Part shown: piece by piece, positions 17,018 through 27,170 of the stretch
Layout: each line of letters begins with the position of its first letter
How positions within the stretch are numbered: position 1 is the stretch's first letter
Assembly (NCBI GenBank): GCA_965369865.1
Contig: CBDURU010000022.1
Coordinates: forward strand, 1 to 37,604
Source: an uncultured bacterium
GTDB lineage: Bacteria > JAJVIF01 > JAPKYR01
DNA: 37,604 nt
Direction of reading: 5' to 3'
The notes under the pieces: model-generated
Database searches by the model: none
What the model was told of the DNA's origin: nothing
Seen by the model: the letters and a program-made list of their open reading frames with translations, nothing else
Position numbers and translations under genes: made by a program

Positions 17018-18280
17018 TTGTACACATCGCCCGAAAAGCACCAGGTTATATTTATAAATCCCGTCATGACAGGGATCTATACGGCATGGCTTGTCAACAG
17101 GATGGGTATCGACACAGTATGTATATTTGAATCGACGAGCAAACGCGTGATACGTGAGGGTTATCCGGCGGCTTTTCCGTCGGGCGGAACTTTTTACCCG
17201 CGATATTTTGAAACCCTGTCGGACGAATCGGGTTTTCCAATTCCGGAGTGGGAGCGAATTCCGGTACTGAAATTTCATATCTCGGGACAGGAGATCGTGC
17301 TTAATTCGGATGATGGCCCCGGCGGATTCCAGTTGGTGCTGACCGACATTTTCAGGGATGGTAAAGATAAGTGGTTGCCCTGGATCCAGGATCAGATCGG
17401 GAAAAGTGTCGAACTTCTTTCCGATTCAGATGTTAAAGCCATATTGGAATTCCAACCAGTCGAGACAAGCGTCGCTGATTGGATAGAAGGGTTGGGCCTC
17501 AAAGATCCGGAAATATTTACAAATTTCTTCGACGCACTTTCCACGATCACTTGCGGGCTGGGGATAGCACAGATCGAAATATCTGATTTTCCATATGTAC
17601 TTGCAGGGATACTTAACGGCTGGCACACACCGGTAACCAGGTACAGTAACTGGTTCGACAGTACCGGGAAAATCCTTACCGAGAGCGGGGTATTATTGAT
17701 CGAAGACGATGTGATCCTGGATATCGAAACCGGGGGCAATCGCAGAAGTATTTTGAAACTCCAGGAAGGCAGGGAGCTGTCGGCCCCTGTTCTCGTGGTT
17801 CCTGAAAATGACCTTTACCGCCATCCCGCGATCGTCGGCGAACCCGATCCGATTGCCTGGGAGAACTGGTATGGTCGAGCTGCGACACATCTGGAACTGG
17901 TAAAAGCCGTTGGCCTTATCCGCACCTCCGGAAATCGTCCCCCCGTAAACGACAATTTTATTACCTGGCATATAGACCCGGAAAAGGGAGGGATATTCAC
18001 CCTTTCCGCTCCGGTTGAAGGAAGGTATATTCATGGGAACGGCGGCAAGCGATTTGAAACTATCACGAGACTTGTGGTGCCAAACGTTACAAAACCTCTC
18101 GGATGGGTGTTTCCCGACCTTGCCATATCCCCAGGATCTCTCGAGGGGAAAAAGATTAACCTTTCAGGTACCGCCCTTTCAATAACTTACCTGGAAGGCC
18201 CGATGTGGGGCGATGATATCTACACACAATTCTTATCAGCCGACCGGCTGAGCCGGGATATACAGGAACTGCTTAAATAA
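17018..18280 (+). CDS. Hypothetical protein, possibly a degenerate FAD-dependent oxidoreductase fold
   Basis: 420-aa ORF. The N-terminal beta-alpha-beta pattern (VIFINPVMTGIYTAWLVNRMGIDTVCIFE) lacks GxGxxG. Confidence 0.65.
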   Translation: MYTSPEKHQVIFINPVMTGIYTAWLVNRMGIDTVCIFESTSKRVIREGYPAAFPSGGTFYPRYFETLSDESGFPIPEWERIPVLKFHISGQEIVLNSDDGPGGFQLVLTDIFRDGKDKWLPWIQDQIGKSVELLSDSDVKAILEFQPVETSVADWIEGLGLKDPEIFTNFFDALSTITCGLGIAQIEISDFPYVLAGILNGWHTPVTRYSNWFDSTGKILTESGVLLIEDDVILDIETGGNRRSILKLQEGRELSAPVLVVPENDLYRHPAIVGEPDPIAWENWYGRAATHLELVKAVGLIRTSGNRPPVNDNFITWHIDPEKGGIFTLSAPVEGRYIHGNGGKRFETITRLVVPNVTKPLGWVFPDLAISPGSLEGKKINLSGTALSITYLEGPMWGDDIYTQFLSADRLSRDIQELLK

Positions 18281-18370
18281 AAATTCCCAGCCCCAAAATG
18301 AACTAATTCTGTTTCCCTGTTGTATAATTTTAATGTCGGAACCGACGCAGGATAGAAACGAGGATTATCT

Positions 18371-19021
18371 ATGGCCAGATACTTACTACTTTTTATTCTT
18401 ATGGGACTCCTCTTTGTGCAGGCGCAGTTATACGCACAGGTGAATACCGGTGGAGATTCCACTGATTCGGATATCAGGATCGATTTCAACCTGGTATTTT
18501 CATCACTTGAGCTCACACTTGATACGTGGGACGATGAAAACGAACCGGATATCGTGAAGATAGAGGCTTACAAGCGCGCTTCAGGTTACCTGGCGGGAAT
18601 CCCGTTTCACTACGAGCACAATCGCAACAGGATGACAATAATCGAGGAGGCAGGCAGTATCGCAAATGATCTGGAGTACACCGGTTACTCTTCGGACCTC
18701 CCGGGTTATTACCAGTTCGATTACACGTTGTGGATTCCATCAGGCGTCTATGAACAGGCTCGTCGAGGATCCTCAGTACAAGGACACGGCATCAGCCACC
18801 TTGAGGATACTGTCGCGGCACGGAAAGAGGCACGTCTCAATGCATTACGGTCGGCGGCAAGGAATGCGATCCGGACTGAATACACCGATAATAATAAACC
18901 AATTCCGGGTCTTGTCGACGGCAGAATCATGTGGCACGAGGTCATGGTCGATGAGATCGACCCGGATAGCGGATATTACGTGTACGATATAACAGCCTGG
19001 ATTACAATCTCTGAAAGCTAG
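18371..19021 (+). CDS. Exported hypothetical protein
   Basis: RBS GAGGA and signal peptide MARYLLLFILMGLLFVQAQLYA. Confidence 0.75.
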   Translation: MARYLLLFILMGLLFVQAQLYAQVNTGGDSTDSDIRIDFNLVFSSLELTLDTWDDENEPDIVKIEAYKRASGYLAGIPFHYEHNRNRMTIIEEAGSIANDLEYTGYSSDLPGYYQFDYTLWIPSGVYEQARRGSSVQGHGISHLEDTVAARKEARLNALRSAARNAIRTEYTDNNKPIPGLVDGRIMWHEVMVDEIDPDSGYYVYDITAWITISES

Positions 19022-19037
19022 GATCTGAACAGGTTTT

Positions 19038-19859
19038 ATGCCAGTTACCAAAGAATTAGCTGCCGTCCTATCAGATTCCCCGAATAACTGGGAAATAGAA
19101 ATCATCGACAGCATTGATTCCACCAATGTGGATCTTAGCTGCAGATATGCATGCTCAAGGTTAGCCCCGTATATTATACTGTGGGCCGAAAAACAGACGT
19201 CGGGACGGGGACGTCTCGAGCGTAAATGGTTCTCAAATCCAGGGTCTGATATCACAGCATCGGTACTTTTTCCATCGCCGGTTCCAAGGGCCAGTGTGCC
19301 GAAGCTTGTTCTCCCTGCCGGGATGGCGCTGGTTAATGTACTCAGGGAAAATTATGAAATGAACGCAATGATCAGGTGGCCGAATGATGTCCTGGTCGGG
19401 GGATGTAAACTTGCCGGCATTCTTTGTTCTTACCTGGATGGCCCGGATGCTGTCATATGTGGGATCGGCATCAATGTAAATTCTCAGCCTGACGATCTTG
19501 AATTCGAAACTTACACGCCGAGAACAACAATTCTGAATGAAACGGGAAATGAAATCTCCCGCGAGCGGTTGCTGGGGTACTGGATTCTTGAATTTGAAAA
19601 ATTGTGGGAGCTGGCCCTTGATGATAATATCAGCAATCTGCAGGGTAGCTTCGATAAAATGAATTTCTACCGGGGTCGTAATGTCAGAATACTGGCGGGA
19701 GCCGCTTCCGACCGTGAGACCGGTGAAACAAAACCTGAGATCGAATATTCGGGAACCGCGGGGAGCATTAACCATCTGGGTGAATTAATTATCGAACTAC
19801 ACAACGGCGGCGAGTATATTACAAAAATCGACGATGTGATCATTCCCCTTGATCAGTGA
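19038..19859 (+). CDS. birA: Biotin--[acetyl-CoA-carboxylase] ligase without an N-terminal HTH
   Basis: DSTN, AEKQTSGRGRLERKW, RWPND, KLAGIL and GIGINV. Confidence 0.92.
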   Translation: MPVTKELAAVLSDSPNNWEIEIIDSIDSTNVDLSCRYACSRLAPYIILWAEKQTSGRGRLERKWFSNPGSDITASVLFPSPVPRASVPKLVLPAGMALVNVLRENYEMNAMIRWPNDVLVGGCKLAGILCSYLDGPDAVICGIGINVNSQPDDLEFETYTPRTTILNETGNEISRERLLGYWILEFEKLWELALDDNISNLQGSFDKMNFYRGRNVRILAGAASDRETGETKPEIEYSGTAGSINHLGELIIELHNGGEYITKIDDVIIPLDQ

Positions 19860-19959
19860 TTGAAAAATATGAAGAGTTTCTTCATTTTTTTCCGGGTTAC
19901 CGCTTTTCACCCGACCATGTTATGCCGATATAATCTGTATTGCCTCATTACAGACGATC

Positions 19960-21696
19960 ATGGGGAACCTTTGGCCTATGCAGGTGTCAGTGAAAAATAC
20001 CAGGCGTCCACAGTTTAAGCAACCCGAATCATTTCCATATCCCCTTGCGATGCGGATTGCTTCAGGAGTCAAAAGGATTACCGGCACTGCATGGATGCCA
20101 TTTCTGATTTTTTTACTCCCATGCTTGATTTTCTGGCCTACCCTCAATGTCGGCTTCGTGTCGGATGATTATCTCTACCATGCCGCGTTTAGCGATACTT
20201 TATGGGATTTCCTCGAAAAAACCATCCTTGTCGGGTCTGGCGGAATAATGACCCCGGAATTTTTCAGGCCCGTGGGGATAATAAGCCTTAAACTGGATTA
20301 TTTATTCTGGGGTCCCGACCCGGTTGGATTTCATCTGACCAATATTCTCCTCCACTCAATAAACGCCGTACTCCTTTTTTACCTGGCCGGATCATTTGGG
20401 ATGAGAAGAATCGGAGCATTCGCAGCGGGATTATTCTTCGGGCTTTACCCGTTAAATTCAGAACCCGTGGCCTGGATCAGCGGACGTTTCGATCTTCTGG
20501 CAACGACATTTATCCTGTTGATGCTTCACGCATGGTGCACAGGGCGATTGAGAAATGATTTACGCTGGATGATTCCCTCGATCGTAATGTTCTTACTTGG
20601 AACGCTTTCGAAAGAAAATGCAGTTGCCGGATTAGTTTTACTGCCTCTTGCCGACTGGCTTCTCAGAATGAGGACAGTAAAGGAACGGGGCACCGCCGTT
20701 GGCTGGCAATGGAAGTGGTATATCGTATTCGCCGCTGTTGCTATTGTAGTTATATGGCTGAGGGTACCATTGTTCGGCGATATCGGAGGTTATGCCAATG
20801 CCAGGCCAGCATTTTTCGGTGTTCCGTTAACCATTTTGTGGAGTAACTTCTTTAATGAAAACCTGAAGATGCTTTTTAGTCCTGTCTCGAGGATTCTCTG
20901 GTCAGAATGGGGGTCATTCCCCCAGCAGTTTTTAATCGTCATTGCCTGGGTTTTTTACGCGGGACTGCTTGCAGCACTCGTGCGGATAACTGTTGCAGCT
21001 ATCAAGACCGATGGATCCATGTTGATAATCTCAGCTTCTGGAATCGCGTGGATCATCCTGATGATGATTCCCGTTTTACCCATTGAAGGCGTGCAGGATT
21101 CCCTGAACTGCGCTAGGTTTTTATATCTACCAATTGCCGGATTTGCGCTATTGACAGCGGTCGCGGTGGACCTTGGATTCAATTCCGGTAAAATTGTCCG
21201 CGGGATTACACTCGTAATTTTCATTCTGATACTACTGGCTTACAGCACTGTTCTGACAAGGCATAACCTGACCTGGATCGAAGCCGGACAAATCGCGTCC
21301 CGGATAAATACGACCATGGAGACATTTGCGTCGCAACTCCCCGATAACTCCACAATATTTACAATAGAACACCCACTTCTATGGAAAGGCGCAGGCTGTT
21401 CGCCACTTAAATACAATTCATACCTTGAATACCGGTACGGTTGTGGCGGAATCAACGTTGTGGAGATGTCTGTTGCCCCGGATGATATAGACATATGGTG
21501 GAGTGATTTGAGTGAAAGCTATGCCAGGCCGGCAATTGGGTTTGTATGGAATGAGTCTACTGAGACAATCGATGTATTACCTTTGTTTATCCCCGATGAA
21601 ATACCAACTGTAGAAACGACAGTTGCAGAACCTGTATCTCCAGATTATGGAGTTGGTGAACCGGAAGAAATTAATATTTTCCCCGAACCAGGTTGA
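19960..21696 (+). CDS. Multi-pass membrane protein, GT-C/TMTC-like glycosyltransferase (no TPR tail)
   Basis: SDDY, FRPV, FHLTNILLH, EPVAWISGR, LSKE and RFLYLP. Start codon uncertain. Confidence 0.75.
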   Translation: MGNLWPMQVSVKNTRRPQFKQPESFPYPLAMRIASGVKRITGTAWMPFLIFLLPCLIFWPTLNVGFVSDDYLYHAAFSDTLWDFLEKTILVGSGGIMTPEFFRPVGIISLKLDYLFWGPDPVGFHLTNILLHSINAVLLFYLAGSFGMRRIGAFAAGLFFGLYPLNSEPVAWISGRFDLLATTFILLMLHAWCTGRLRNDLRWMIPSIVMFLLGTLSKENAVAGLVLLPLADWLLRMRTVKERGTAVGWQWKWYIVFAAVAIVVIWLRVPLFGDIGGYANARPAFFGVPLTILWSNFFNENLKMLFSPVSRILWSEWGSFPQQFLIVIAWVFYAGLLAALVRITVAAIKTDGSMLIISASGIAWIILMMIPVLPIEGVQDSLNCARFLYLPIAGFALLTAVAVDLGFNSGKIVRGITLVIFILILLAYSTVLTRHNLTWIEAGQIASRINTTMETFASQLPDNSTIFTIEHPLLWKGAGCSPLKYNSYLEYRYGCGGINVVEMSVAPDDIDIWWSDLSESYARPAIGFVWNESTETIDVLPLFIPDEIPTVETTVAEPVSPDYGVGEPEEINIFPEPG

Positions 21697-21720
21697 GTCC
21701 CGCAAATCATTTTTTTTAGA

Positions 21721-21751
21721 AAAAATACCCGCCTGAATTTTCAGGGCGGGT
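21721..21751 (-). terminator. Intrinsic terminator between convergent genes
   Basis: Minus strand: hairpin ACCCGCCCTGAAAATTCAGGCGGGT followed by ATTTTTT. Confidence 0.65.
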
Positions 21752-21778
21752 GAGATCATGCATAATATTAATATCAGG

Positions 21779-22369
21779 TTATTCGGTTTCCTCAAATGCG
21801 CTACTGATTGCGACACCGGTTTCAATAAAAACCAATGCGGCTTCGATTGTATCTATGATAAATTCCTCTTCCTCAACTTCGAGCCTTGCATTAAGGGCAT
21901 CCAGGGCAACATCCTGTAAATCATCCAGGCCGTATGAGTAAGGCAGTTTACCAAGTCCCCAAGCAGCAGCTTCACGGACGAAACGGTCTTCATCGTCAAG
22001 CGCTTCAATGAGGGTATTAACACCGTCCTCGGATGGGATTTTTCCCAACGCGTAGCAAACTATAGATGGCTCATTCTCAAATTCACCGATGATGATGGTA
22101 TCGAAAGTTCCGATACCTGTTTCACCCATAGCCCACAGAACACTATTTTTCAAAATAACGTTCTCATCATCGACCGCCATCCAGTAGATCAATTCGAGTC
22201 CCTCTCTGAGGTCGGTGTCACTGAACGTGCTTGAATTGTCCCAGGGATTCCCCTCAGGTTGACCGAGGAGGAACACAATTTTATCCAGAGTATCCTGAGT
22301 TATCGCCCACGCCGATGTTGGTATTAGGAGGATTATAATCAGCATTCCGAAGAAAAGTTTAGTTCGCAT
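21779..22369 (-). CDS. Exported acidic HEAT-repeat protein
   Basis: Signal peptide ending AWA; ALGKI...LIEALDDEDRFVREAAAWGLG; RBS AAGGTG. Confidence 0.82.
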   Translation of the reverse strand: MRTKLFFGMLIIILLIPTSAWAITQDTLDKIVFLLGQPEGNPWDNSSTFSDTDLREGLELIYWMAVDDENVILKNSVLWAMGETGIGTFDTIIIGEFENEPSIVCYALGKIPSEDGVNTLIEALDDEDRFVREAAAWGLGKLPYSYGLDDLQDVALDALNARLEVEEEEFIIDTIEAALVFIETGVAISSAFEETE

Positions 22370-22438
22370 ATTGTCACCTTTCTGTCGATCGTTTATTCAA
22401 AAACCAGTCTCTTTCCTTAAAATTAAATTTATTTCAGT

Positions 22439-25400
22439 TTATGGATACGGGTAGTTACCTTCGTTACCGCTTACCCATTCATCGACCCATATCCACTGGG
22501 TTTCCCAAAGGTCGTAATCACTCACCGGTGTATAGAATGAATACCACATGAGCTGTTTCGGAATTTTACCGGAAGCGCCGGGAGGATCCGGATAGCATGC
22601 GTCATCATCGCAGAACAACCAGGGGAGGTCAGGTGGCGGTCCGGTGCACCACGTGTTCGTTGTCGCACACGACGTCCCGTCCGAAGCGTCGTACTTATAA
22701 TCAAAATTACCCAGCAAATCGAGGAGGTACTGATCCCAGAACCTTGCCATTCCGTGGCCAAGTTCATGGGCGAGTACTATTTCAAGTTCGTTAGGTGGTG
22801 TTCCACGGACCGTAGATCCCATAACGATACAGACATTAAAGGTATTATGGAAAAAGCCCGGACACAGTACCCGGCAGTATGCCGCGCCTGTATTCCCGGC
22901 CTTGCTTTGGTTTACAAAATAGACATTGATAGCATCCGGGTAGTTCCAGCCAAAGTCGTTATGCATTAATAAATATTCATTTCCCGAGAGATTCCAGTAG
23001 TTAGGATTGGTAATCCAGTCGAAATTATTTCCAGTAGCGAGTTCGAAATTGAACCCGTACTGGTTCCAGAACGTGTTGGTGTCCAGAAAATCGGCAGCCG
23101 CCCTTGGCCATGGTGTTGCTTGATTACCCGAACCATCCAGCGCACACCAGAACGCGAGCCAAACGTTCCGCATTTTGGGATACCCGGTATCCGTTGACCA
23201 GCCTGAACTACCTGCCGTGTTCCTTGCTTTGATACGATAATCGATTGGGTTGGTGTAACCACTGTAACGGGCATTGGTGTCAAGATACAGATTGGGGTTA
23301 GCTCCAGGTATAGAAACTATAGTGGTCCATCCCCATCCAACACCCCATGTGTAGTCATACCTTTCGATATCGTAGAAATCAACAACCCCGGAGGAATCAG
23401 ACCATGTCAACTCGACTGCTCGATCAGTTAATATCAGCATGTCGCCGTCAGATGCCTGGAAGTTGGGAACCGGTCCCGGAAATGCCGAAGCGGCGGTGTT
23501 AACTTCAAACGTACACGATGCACAAACATCCGGAGGACCATGACATGTTAACGGAGGGTTACCCTGGTCCTGGATCGCTACATCAATCGTATGCCAGCCA
23601 TCGGATAGCCCGGTAAGGTTAACAGAAGTCATCCCGGCAACCCATGGCTCCCACGGATTACTGTCGAGTTTGTAAGAATATGAAAGCGACAAGCCGGAAT
23701 CAAGGTCATCGATGCCTGTCCATGTAAACAGGTAATGATCAACGAGAATATAGTTTACCGGGCAGTTATCGATAGTTACATCCGGGGCAAAGTTGACGTT
23801 GAACATGCACCAATCCTCTGCCATAAGCTGCGGATTTCCGCTGTCACGAACCTGGACTGTGAATAAACGGGGTCCTGATGTCAGCGGTGTCCACAGATAA
23901 CTGGAGATTCCAACCTGCCAGCCCTGCCATACGCCATCCAGACTAAGGTTATACTCAAGAGTCAAAGGACTGTCGAGATCATCACTTGCAGTCCAGTTAA
24001 AAGTATATGCCGGATTATTGACATCCGGTATCGGGCAATTTGTAATGCTTATTGTCGGCGCCAGGTTCACCGTAAAATTACACTGGTCCTGATCGGTTTC
24101 ACCAAGAGGATCCTGAACCCGGACATAGAACACATGGTTGCCGGATGACAGGCCTGTCAGGGCAAGCGATGTATCCGTCCCCCGGTCTATCCACGCCCCG
24201 ACGTCGAGTTTGGTTTCATAAGTAAGAGTATCCAGGTCGGGATCGCCACCGAACCATGTAAATACGATATTATCCGCGTTCAGATCCTGGTCCGGACAGT
24301 TTTCTATCGTAACCGTCGGAGCGAAGTTGACGCTGAAATTGCAGGTCGCCTGGTCTTTGTAGCCATCACCATCTTCTACTTCGACAATCAACTGGTGAGG
24401 GGTGCCCGATGTCAGCCCGTTCAGGGTGATACTCATGGAACCAACAGGCAATTCAACCCAGCCGTTGGAGTCGAAGTCATACCGGACCTTCATCTCTGAA
24501 AGCGGTGTATTGTCATCAGAAACATTCAGGTGCCAGGTATACCAGGAAGATCCAATATAGGGAAGGCAATTTGCGAAAGAGACGCTTGGTGGATTCGACA
24601 GAGGCGGAACCGATACATAGAACGTACAGGTCTCTTCGGTCACCTGGCCGTCATGGTCGCGACACTGCACATACACAGTGTGTTGTTCCTCGGTCAGGTT
24701 TTCCAAGTGCGCCACCATCCTGTCTACTTCCCAGTCTGACCATACGCCGTCATCCAGTTTCCATCGATATTCCAAGAGTTTATTCGGTGTTACATCGTCT
24801 TCACCGAACCATAACATTGTAGTATTTTTAACTTCAAGAACATCTTCCGGACAATTAATAAATTCGACGGTCGGAGGGTTGTTACATATGTTGCCCATAT
24901 CGTAGAACAGCCGCGCATAACCTGAAAGGATGGCATTTTCGGGATACTCACCGTTCAGACCGTTTGAATAATCCCCCAGCTCCCCGGTCACTATTGTGAT
25001 CAGGACATCATTGTCGTATGGGCACGGTCCCTGCGGCACGACTTCGCCAATGTCGAGAATCAGTTTCACGGAATGGGGGGCGGAACCATCGAATTCCGAC
25101 CAGTCCCCAGGATAGAAAACCAGCTTGGTACCGCCATTGATAAACTCATCGGGGCTGTCGAGTACGATCGAGTGTATCTCACCAATGATGCTGGGCTCGC
25201 CCGACATCTCCTGCCAGTCGTAAATTTCCAAAGTAAGTTTAAGTTTCCCACCGCGGTCATACATATCGTGCCAGAAGAGCGTGCTGCCGGCGGTTGATAT
25301 ATTACAGTAAAACGCCTCCTGCATATTCGCATCGGCGGGAAAATCACCCGGTATATGAATCGGGGGATCGTTTGCCGGAACCGCCCAGCTAACGATAAAC

Positions 25401-26245
25401 GCATACTGGAACCTGACATCCAGCTTTCCATAAACAATCGGGAAATCGAGCTTGTAATTCCTGCTTAAGGTATCATAAACAAAGAATGCACCACGATTGG
25501 AAACGTTAGTGTCGCTCTGGAAATAACTTGTTATATCCCCTGTCGGGTAAAGATTGTGGGCGAAGTACTTGTAAGGGTTAATGGTCGCACCCCAGGCCTC
25601 ACCCTTGTTACCCAGAATGCCTTCAGTAAACCCGAGAATACCCTCGATGGGAAACTCCATCTGGTTGAACCATCGAGTGTACCCGTCGGCATTTTTCAGA
25701 ATCGGGTCGTATGCGGGATTGGCGTAAATAATGTCGGTATTCGAGCCGGCTTCATATGATCCGGTAGTGATAATAACCCCGAGCAGGTCGAATGCCGTAA
25801 AGACTTCCATGTTTGGGAAAGGATGGGTCAGTGAGAGCTTGACCTCGCATTCACCCGTAATGAACAGCTTTTCCATATTGATCATTTCGATCTGGAAGTT
25901 TGCCGGGTCACCCATCGGCGGCGGGATGAAAATATTGATATTGAACGTGTAGTCGACTCCCCTGAGCGGCACAACCGTGAACCCGTCCTCCTCATCCCAT
26001 GATATATCACAGTAACCGAACAGCGCTTTATTCCCGGAAGCCCCGGGATCAGGGGTCGGGTAGTCAACGGCGCCGGTGATGGATGGCCCGGACGTCGTCT
26101 CATTTTCAAGGCTGGTGCCCGGAACGGCTGGATTGTCACCGCCTTTTTTGCCGCATCCCGGCAGAAGTAACAGGAGCAACATTACATATAACAGGAGATG
26201 GATTAATCTGGTTAGTAAGAGTTTCACGGGATTTGCAGCAGGCAT
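22439..26245 (-). CDS. Large lipoprotein: unrecognised N-terminal domain, five Ig-like repeats, FN3-like domain and C-terminal HExxH zinc-peptidase domain
   Basis: Lipobox LPGC. Five ~90-aa repeats. FN3-like segment VELTW...YRIKARNTAG. HELGHGMARFWDQY and a Met-turn-like LMWY. GGAGG precedes ATG 26245. Confidence 0.85.
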   Translation of the reverse strand: MPAANPVKLLLTRLIHLLLYVMLLLLLLPGCGKKGGDNPAVPGTSLENETTSGPSITGAVDYPTPDPGASGNKALFGYCDISWDEEDGFTVVPLRGVDYTFNINIFIPPPMGDPANFQIEMINMEKLFITGECEVKLSLTHPFPNMEVFTAFDLLGVIITTGSYEAGSNTDIIYANPAYDPILKNADGYTRWFNQMEFPIEGILGFTEGILGNKGEAWGATINPYKYFAHNLYPTGDITSYFQSDTNVSNRGAFFVYDTLSRNYKLDFPIVYGKLDVRFQYAFIVSWAVPANDPPIHIPGDFPADANMQEAFYCNISTAGSTLFWHDMYDRGGKLKLTLEIYDWQEMSGEPSIIGEIHSIVLDSPDEFINGGTKLVFYPGDWSEFDGSAPHSVKLILDIGEVVPQGPCPYDNDVLITIVTGELGDYSNGLNGEYPENAILSGYARLFYDMGNICNNPPTVEFINCPEDVLEVKNTTMLWFGEDDVTPNKLLEYRWKLDDGVWSDWEVDRMVAHLENLTEEQHTVYVQCRDHDGQVTEETCTFYVSVPPLSNPPSVSFANCLPYIGSSWYTWHLNVSDDNTPLSEMKVRYDFDSNGWVELPVGSMSITLNGLTSGTPHQLIVEVEDGDGYKDQATCNFSVNFAPTVTIENCPDQDLNADNIVFTWFGGDPDLDTLTYETKLDVGAWIDRGTDTSLALTGLSSGNHVFYVRVQDPLGETDQDQCNFTVNLAPTISITNCPIPDVNNPAYTFNWTASDDLDSPLTLEYNLSLDGVWQGWQVGISSYLWTPLTSGPRLFTVQVRDSGNPQLMAEDWCMFNVNFAPDVTIDNCPVNYILVDHYLFTWTGIDDLDSGLSLSYSYKLDSNPWEPWVAGMTSVNLTGLSDGWHTIDVAIQDQGNPPLTCHGPPDVCASCTFEVNTAASAFPGPVPNFQASDGDMLILTDRAVELTWSDSSGVVDFYDIERYDYTWGVGWGWTTIVSIPGANPNLYLDTNARYSGYTNPIDYRIKARNTAGSSGWSTDTGYPKMRNVWLAFWCALDGSGNQATPWPRAAADFLDTNTFWNQYGFNFELATGNNFDWITNPNYWNLSGNEYLLMHNDFGWNYPDAINVYFVNQSKAGNTGAAYCRVLCPGFFHNTFNVCIVMGSTVRGTPPNELEIVLAHELGHGMARFWDQYLLDLLGNFDYKYDASDGTSCATTNTWCTGPPPDLPWLFCDDDACYPDPPGASGKIPKQLMWYSFYTPVSDYDLWETQWIWVDEWVSGNEGNYPYP

Positions 26246-26395
26246 CAAAGGCCTCCATGTGAAAATTGTGCCCCTCTGGAGCAGTTAACATTACCTTATG
26301 TATAGAATCGCCAAAATATGTACCATTTTACGGAACATGGATACGGGCTTGAGGAGTTGATGGCTGTAAAAAGAAAAAACCACCGTTCACTTATA

Positions 26396-26424
26396 ATGTT
26401 ATAACCTTACAAGGATTCTGTCAA
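26396..26424 (-). promoter_or_regulatory. Putative sigma70 promoter for the large lipoprotein gene
   Basis: TTGACA-17 nt-TAACAT on the minus strand, just downstream of the upstream operon's terminator. Confidence 0.5.
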
Positions 26425-26461
26425 CCGGTACGGGTTCCTTAGGCGATTAAAAAATATATAC

Positions 26462-26486
26462 AAAAAGGCGCGGACGAATCCGCGCC
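26462..26486 (-). terminator. Intrinsic terminator
   Basis: GGCGCGGA-TTCG-TCCGCGCC followed by TTTTT on the minus strand, 40 nt after the stop of 26527-27123. Confidence 0.85.
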
Positions 26487-26526
26487 GAGGCTCCATTGGA
26501 TGTATTTAATACATTGCGCTTACAGG

Positions 26527-27123
26527 CTATGGTTTGGAAGTGCCATCATTCGTCACAACCAGAACCGGCCTGTCGGTGAAGTCTCCATCCTGCTCCGACT
26601 CACCACTTATAATTCTCCAGTACTCCATTAAGCTTTCCTCCGGACAATCAAACGAAAATCCCGCTTCAACGAGTTCGGTCAGAATGTCCCAGTCGGTATT
26701 AACTAATTCGTCGTCAACTCCGGCATAATAGGAATTCTGGTCTGGAAAAGTGTTGTAAAGAACGTAGAAACCATTCAGGAGGTCCCTGGTCCGGCTGTTA
26801 TTTTCCCAGGGATCAAGAATACATCGAACCGCGGATAACGCTGTGTTACTTCTGTCGATTGAATTAATCGAGATGTTCTCCCCAGTGAACATGTCTGTTA
26901 TCTGGATCATCACGTTCTCTGAAACGGGGGACCAGTTGATCGGGACAACGCCATTATCCCCACTCTGGTTAAAAAATGGTGTGGACGATTCTTCAGCGAG
27001 ACCATCCGGGTCATCCCCGGTGTTATTTTTATCCTTGGAGCATCCAATTGATGTTGACTGCAAACCGCAGATCACAACAAGGCTGAAAATAATCAAACTT
27101 AAAGTTATTTTATATGCATTCAT
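26527..27123 (-). CDS. Exported/lipoprotein hypothetical protein
   Basis: RBS GAGGT; hydrophobic N-terminus with SIGC; acidic mature region; 47 nt downstream of the S8 gene. Confidence 0.75.
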   Translation of the reverse strand: MNAYKITLSLIIFSLVVICGLQSTSIGCSKDKNNTGDDPDGLAEESSTPFFNQSGDNGVVPINWSPVSENVMIQITDMFTGENISINSIDRSNTALSAVRCILDPWENNSRTRDLLNGFYVLYNTFPDQNSYYAGVDDELVNTDWDILTELVEAGFSFDCPEESLMEYWRIISGESEQDGDFTDRPVLVVTNDGTSKP

Positions 27124-27170
27124 TTTTTCTACCTCAAATTTCAGTATTTCGAATTAAATCCTTCATATCA

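Noticed and set aside
19233..19775. 180-aa antisense ORF and similar nested ORFs in the track
   Set aside because: They lie within well-supported genes (here birA) on another strand or frame and show no motifs.
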